Positions 60,076 to 64,000 of a stretch of DNA of 64,000 nt are shown here, one piece after another. The DNA comes from an uncultured cyanobacterium. Lineage in GTDB: Bacteria; Cyanobacteriota; Cyanobacteriia; CAKZMO01. Location of the stretch: contig CAVRCJ010000003.1 in NCBI GenBank assembly GCA_963719515.1, positions 1-64,000 of the forward strand. The letters run 5' to 3'. How positions within the stretch are numbered: the first letter of the stretch is position 1; the number at the start of each line of letters is the position of its first letter. The notes below the pieces were generated by a model, which was not told the origin of the DNA, searched no databases, and worked only from the letters and a program-made list of their open reading frames with translations. A program made the position numbers and the translations under genes.

Positions 60076-61215
60076 ATGCTGTTAAGACGTAGAGATGTTG
60101 TGACTATGTTGATGTCTTCTGTGGTTTCTGCAATCGTCACGGTAAGCGTACCGCTAGCGTTTAACCTTTCTATCCTTCAGCCCTCCCCTCCCCTGCTGCC
60201 TCAGCCGGCATCGCAGTCCGCATCCGATGAGCTTCAAGGTACCCCCTCTACGCCTGACAATGGGGCAAGAGCTGGTCAGATTATCGCCAGCACCCCCACC
60301 GGCACCGTCAACGTTCGTTACGCTCCGACGGTGGTTTCTCGCAGGCTAGGGCGGCTTCGAGCGGGCGATCGCATCACAATCTTGGGTCAAGACGTAGCCC
60401 GAGGCGACCAGTGGTACGAGATCCAGTCTGAGGGGCCCAACCCGTCACTACGGGGCTGGGTTCGAAGCGATTTTGTCAAGGTCGCGGCCGGCCTTGAGAT
60501 GCCCACGGTAAGCGTTTCTACGCGCCGTAGTTCAGCCCCACGAGGGCAGGCGGACCCGGTCCTAGAGCCTGCTTCTAACGAAACGATTGCCCTGCAGCGG
60601 CCAGAGCCCTTTGCCGAGAGGTATAGCCAAGCAGATCTCGATTACTTCTTAGAAATTGCTACGGGTTCAGAATTTACCCGGGCAAGCTTACCGATTCGCA
60701 AGTGGGAGCAGGACATCACGATCAAAGTTCATGGGACACCAACCTCAGGAGATCGGCAGACCCTCGACGCTGTCGTTGGGGAGCTTGAGAATCTCGTAGG
60801 CAGCATTGATGTTCGGGTTGTGAATGAGCCCGCCGCCCGCGGAAACATCGACGTCTATTTTGTAGACCCCACGGAATTCTCCAGGTATGTCCCCCACACA
60901 AATCCTGGCCGGGGCGGTTTTGTGTGGATACGAGCGCCTAGGGGGGCGATCGATGAAGCAACCGTCTTGATCGCCAGCAACGGACTGACCCAGCCGCAGC
61001 GAAACCACATTATTCGAGAAGAGGTGACACAGGCCCTTGGACTACTCAACGACTCTTTTCAATACCGCGACAGCATCTTCTTTCAGCTTTGGAACGCCGT
61101 GACGCAATATTCCCCAAGAGATGAGCGGGTAATCCAGCTGCTATATCACCCAGAGGTGAAGCCTGGTATGAGTCAGGACGAAGCGCTGAAGGCGCTGAGC
61201 CCGCTCGTATCTTGA
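60076..61215 (+). CDS. SH3b + DUF2927-like putative zinc metallopeptidase
   Basis: VNVR...GWVRSDFV SH3b; RKWEQ, IREEVTQALGL.ND, SIF, LLYHP. Confidence 0.8.
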   Translation: MLLRRRDVVTMLMSSVVSAIVTVSVPLAFNLSILQPSPPLLPQPASQSASDELQGTPSTPDNGARAGQIIASTPTGTVNVRYAPTVVSRRLGRLRAGDRITILGQDVARGDQWYEIQSEGPNPSLRGWVRSDFVKVAAGLEMPTVSVSTRRSSAPRGQADPVLEPASNETIALQRPEPFAERYSQADLDYFLEIATGSEFTRASLPIRKWEQDITIKVHGTPTSGDRQTLDAVVGELENLVGSIDVRVVNEPAARGNIDVYFVDPTEFSRYVPHTNPGRGGFVWIRAPRGAIDEATVLIASNGLTQPQRNHIIREEVTQALGLLNDSFQYRDSIFFQLWNAVTQYSPRDERVIQLLYHPEVKPGMSQDEALKALSPLVS

Positions 61216-61250
61216 GGTGGCCTCAATCGGCTAGCCGTTAGAACAGATCG

Positions 61251-61284
61251 GGTCAAAGTCCTTCAGTTCTGAAGGACTTTGACC
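61251..61284. terminator. Perfect hairpin between convergent genes
   Basis: GGTCAAAGTCCTTCAG-TT-CTGAAGGACTTTGACC. Confidence 0.75.
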
Positions 61285-61308
61285 GCTAGTACGCTGGTCT
61301 GATTGGGT

Positions 61309-62127
61309 CTAGATAATAAAGTCGGACGAAACCCAGCCGCCGCTCGACAGCTCAACCCAGCCTCCCAACGTCTCCCCGGTGACGCCAGCAACAGCGCCAT
61401 TGCTGAGGGTATCGCTGACGGAAAACTGGACACCAGGCCCCGAGCGCACGTTGAGCGGGCTGCCGCTGGTGCTCACCTGAACAGTTTGCGGATCGTTGGG
61501 GCTAGGATTGGTGGACCCATCAAACAGCAGACCCTGAGTTGAAGGTCCGGCAACGCCATCGGCCGTCAGGCTATTTTCCGCTTGGAAATCTCGAACGGCC
61601 TGCACTGTCACCGTGCCGTAGAAACCGGTTGAAGCAACGCTTGTCGGGAAGAACCCTAGCGCCTTCAGCGCATCTTGAATGGCGGTAACGGTCTGCCCCG
61701 AATCGCCCTGCTGGACGAGGGGACCGATATCCGTTCCGATATCACCAGGGTTCGTGCCATCTCTCAACCCCAGCACGGTCTCAGTCGCAGGTCCGGCAAT
61801 GCCGTCGACCACAAGAGCAGGCACCGAGGATTGAAAGCTCCTGACGGCAAGCTCAGTTGAAGGTCCGAAGACACCGTCAACTGGCCCTGGCTCAAAGCCC
61901 AGGTCTGTCAGAACCTGCTGGATAGCGGTCACCTCGGCGCCCGTATCCCCCAGGCGTGCGGCCATGGCGCTGGGCGCGGTACCGACAAGGGATAGACCAA
62001 CGGCCAGGGCAGCGATTCCCATCCAGGCTGAATTGGGGAGCTTAATGTTTATCTTCACCTGCTGCTGCGGGGCAGGCGAGGGATCTTCGTACGTGCTAGC
62101 AGCGTGGGTAAAAGCAAGAATTTCCAT
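61309..62127 (-). CDS. Peptidoglycan-binding domain protein (2x PG_binding_1 + SH3b)
   Basis: VDGVFGPSTELAVRSFQ, GFYGTVTVQAVRDFQ..L.ADGVAGP, LNVRSGPG...GWVS. Confidence 0.9.
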   Translation of the reverse strand: MEILAFTHAASTYEDPSPAPQQQVKINIKLPNSAWMGIAALAVGLSLVGTAPSAMAARLGDTGAEVTAIQQVLTDLGFEPGPVDGVFGPSTELAVRSFQSSVPALVVDGIAGPATETVLGLRDGTNPGDIGTDIGPLVQQGDSGQTVTAIQDALKALGFFPTSVASTGFYGTVTVQAVRDFQAENSLTADGVAGPSTQGLLFDGSTNPSPNDPQTVQVSTSGSPLNVRSGPGVQFSVSDTLSNGAVAGVTGETLGGWVELSSGGWVSSDFII

Positions 62128-62816
62128 AGGGCATTATCTGGAATAAAGGGCAGTGGGGGGTTGAGCTGCTGAATAAGCCGTCAGATTGCCTCTGCTTAGG
62201 AGCAGGGGACCAATCGACGTCTCTGCCTCTCAACGGGGCCGACTCAAACTTAAATGGGAGCCTGACGGTAAGACCTCAAGCAGCCCATAGCCTCGGCGAA
62301 GCTCCAGCACAACCTGCAGTCGGACAAGTGGGAACAAACGGTATATAGAGTATTACGTAGCTCTAGCTAGGCTCGGAACTCAGTTAGATACATTTAGATG
62401 AATCTACCTACATAAGTAAGCCAAATCTAGGGCGATCGCCACTAATTTAATATTTCTGCAACATTATTTCCGGGCCACGCCCTGAATGAATGAAGGTGCA
62501 GCCGCGATCGCAGATCTCCAGGGGCCGTCAGGACAACTCTCTGACCGTCCTACGGTAGTGTCACAATAGCCCGAGGCCGCTCGAAGTAAAAAATCAAGTC
62601 AATTCCTTACGGAGAGAGCCTTTCAGGCGCTAAATTTCGTTCTCCGGTTTTCGGCTCTCGTAGCCCAGTTAAATAACTCGAACGACCCCAAGCGCAATTT
62701 TGAGGGGGCTGGCCGACGATGAATATGTCGAACAGCGCGCCAGGGTGGATGTCTTTAGCTCCTTTATAGACCTGTGACTGACGACGCCTCACACTATTCG
62801 CAAGGGACAACGAGCA

Positions 62817-64000
62817 ATGAAATCTTTTGGACTCCGCTTTTTGGCATTGACAGCGCTTCTCAGTCTGGCTGGTTTTGGACAAAGCCCAGCCGCTGCTGCA
62901 GAATTCGGTAACCAGGAACTTGACTCCAACAAAGTCATTACCGTTGCCTCTCCGATTGGCAACCGCGCCCATCAGCTGCTCGTGCTAGAGCAGCTCAGCA
63001 ATAGCCGTCAGTGCTGGGAAGAGAGCGAAGATAACGTAAAGCCCCTGCTGCTGCAGTTTGACTTCACGGGCATCTGTGGCCGAGGCACCGACAGTAACGG
63101 CTACTCGGTGCGGGTGGGGGGCGAAGATTTGGGGTGGCGCTATGACCTAAGAATGCTGAGAGACGGTGACGACCTCAAGCTTGTAGCTCGCTCGGTCTCA
63201 GACCGCAGCAAGCCTGACATTGAGGTCGGTCGAGCCAGCAATCAGTCTGGAGAATTCACTGCTGTTGAGCTCAACCCGGGCTGGCGCGTGACTAAGCGCA
63301 CCTACAATGGTCAGGTCTTGGGACATTACTACCTCACCCATAACCAAGACCTCAACACGCTAGCCGCCGCCGCTCCCTCTACGCCAGCGGCCAGCCCCGT
63401 AACCCCATCAGAGTCCCCCACGGCCCTAATGCCCGGACCCGGCTCAATCACGCTGCCAACCGTTCCGCTTCCAGGCCGCCCGTCTATTCCAACCCGTACC
63501 CCCACTCCCAGCGGCCCTCCGGCACCGCCGTCAAACCAAGCCGCACTGCTGGGCTTCCGCTATCGCGTCATTGTTCCTGTCAGCTCCACCAGCGTACAGG
63601 CCAAGGTCCGCTCTGTGGTGCCCGACGCATTCCGTACCCTAATCAACGGCGAGGTGGTCATGCAGGCTGGACTGTTCCGCGATCGCCTCACGGCTGACTC
63701 TATTCGGCAACAGCTCCGAGCTGAGGGACTGCGGGCCTCTATTCTCGAAATTGAAAGCAGCGGCGTGGTTTCCCCCGCTCCCAGCCCCTCGCCGTCACCA
63801 CTCCCCTCGCCGTCCCCTAGCCCTCGACCCACGCCCCGCCCCGCTCCCGTTGGCCGGCTGCTAGTCGCTATTGACGCCGGTCACGGTGGCCGAGATCCTG
63901 GCGCGGTAGGCATCGGCGGACTGCAGGAGAAGGAAGTGGTGCTCGATATCTCTCAGCAGGTGGCGCAGATTCTAGAAGGTCAGGGTATCGGCGTCTTGAT
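62817..64000 (+). CDS. N-acetylmuramoyl-L-alanine amidase with N-terminal DUF3747 and SPOR-like region, truncated by the window edge
   Basis: Manual translation: signal peptide, FDFTGICGRGTDSNGYS, VMQAGLF, then in frame IDAGHGGRDPGAVG...EK. Confidence 0.88.
   Translation, partial: MKSFGLRFLALTALLSLAGFGQSPAAAAEFGNQELDSNKVITVASPIGNRAHQLLVLEQLSNSRQCWEESEDNVKPLLLQFDFTGICGRGTDSNGYSVRVGGEDLGWRYDLRMLRDGDDLKLVARSVSDRSKPDIEVGRASNQSGEFTAVELNPGWRVTKRTYNGQVLGHYYLTHNQDLNTLAAAAPSTPAASPVTPSESPTALMPGPGSITLPTVPLPGRPSIPTRTPTPSGPPAPPSNQAALLGFRYRVIVPVSSTSVQAKVRSVVPDAFRTLINGEVVMQAGLFRDRLTADSIRQQLRAEGLRASILEIESSGVVSPAPSPSPSPLPSPSPSPRPTPRPAPVGRLLVAIDAGHGGRDPGAVGIGGLQEKEVVLDISQQVAQILEGQGIGVL

Overview
Cyanobacterial chromosomal window: photosystem I genes psaI/psaL, plastocyanin, vipp1 and abundant HIP1 (GCGATCGC) octamers, moderately GC-rich. 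Mostly housekeeping and envelope genes (hisA, tmk, holB, nfi, ugd, speA, murJ, moaC, coaBC, pstS, pip, a Cu-ATPase, tRNA-Arg(ACG)). The strongest hidden signal is a pair of related IS200/IS605-family elements that both lack tnpA and share the same end signals (left site TTAG with guide AAGC, right site TCAC with guide GAAG). One is a 1,483-bp element (50426-51908) with an intact tnpB and a divergent ribbon-helix-helix gene. The other is a 449-bp non-coding element (19080-19528, minus strand) that appears to carry only a promoter and a ~300-nt structured, omega-RNA-like RNA. Both sit exactly at host stop codons and leave the host proteins unchanged. Other candidates: a hydroxylase/MFS/Rieske/alpha-oxoamine-synthase cluster, a serine recombinase lacking catalytic motifs, a PsaL with a tetramer-type Pro-rich loop, a pstS-linked ExbB/ExbD/TonB-like set, and two genes with apparent single-base insertions. 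All calls are by eye from sequence motifs; no database searches were run.
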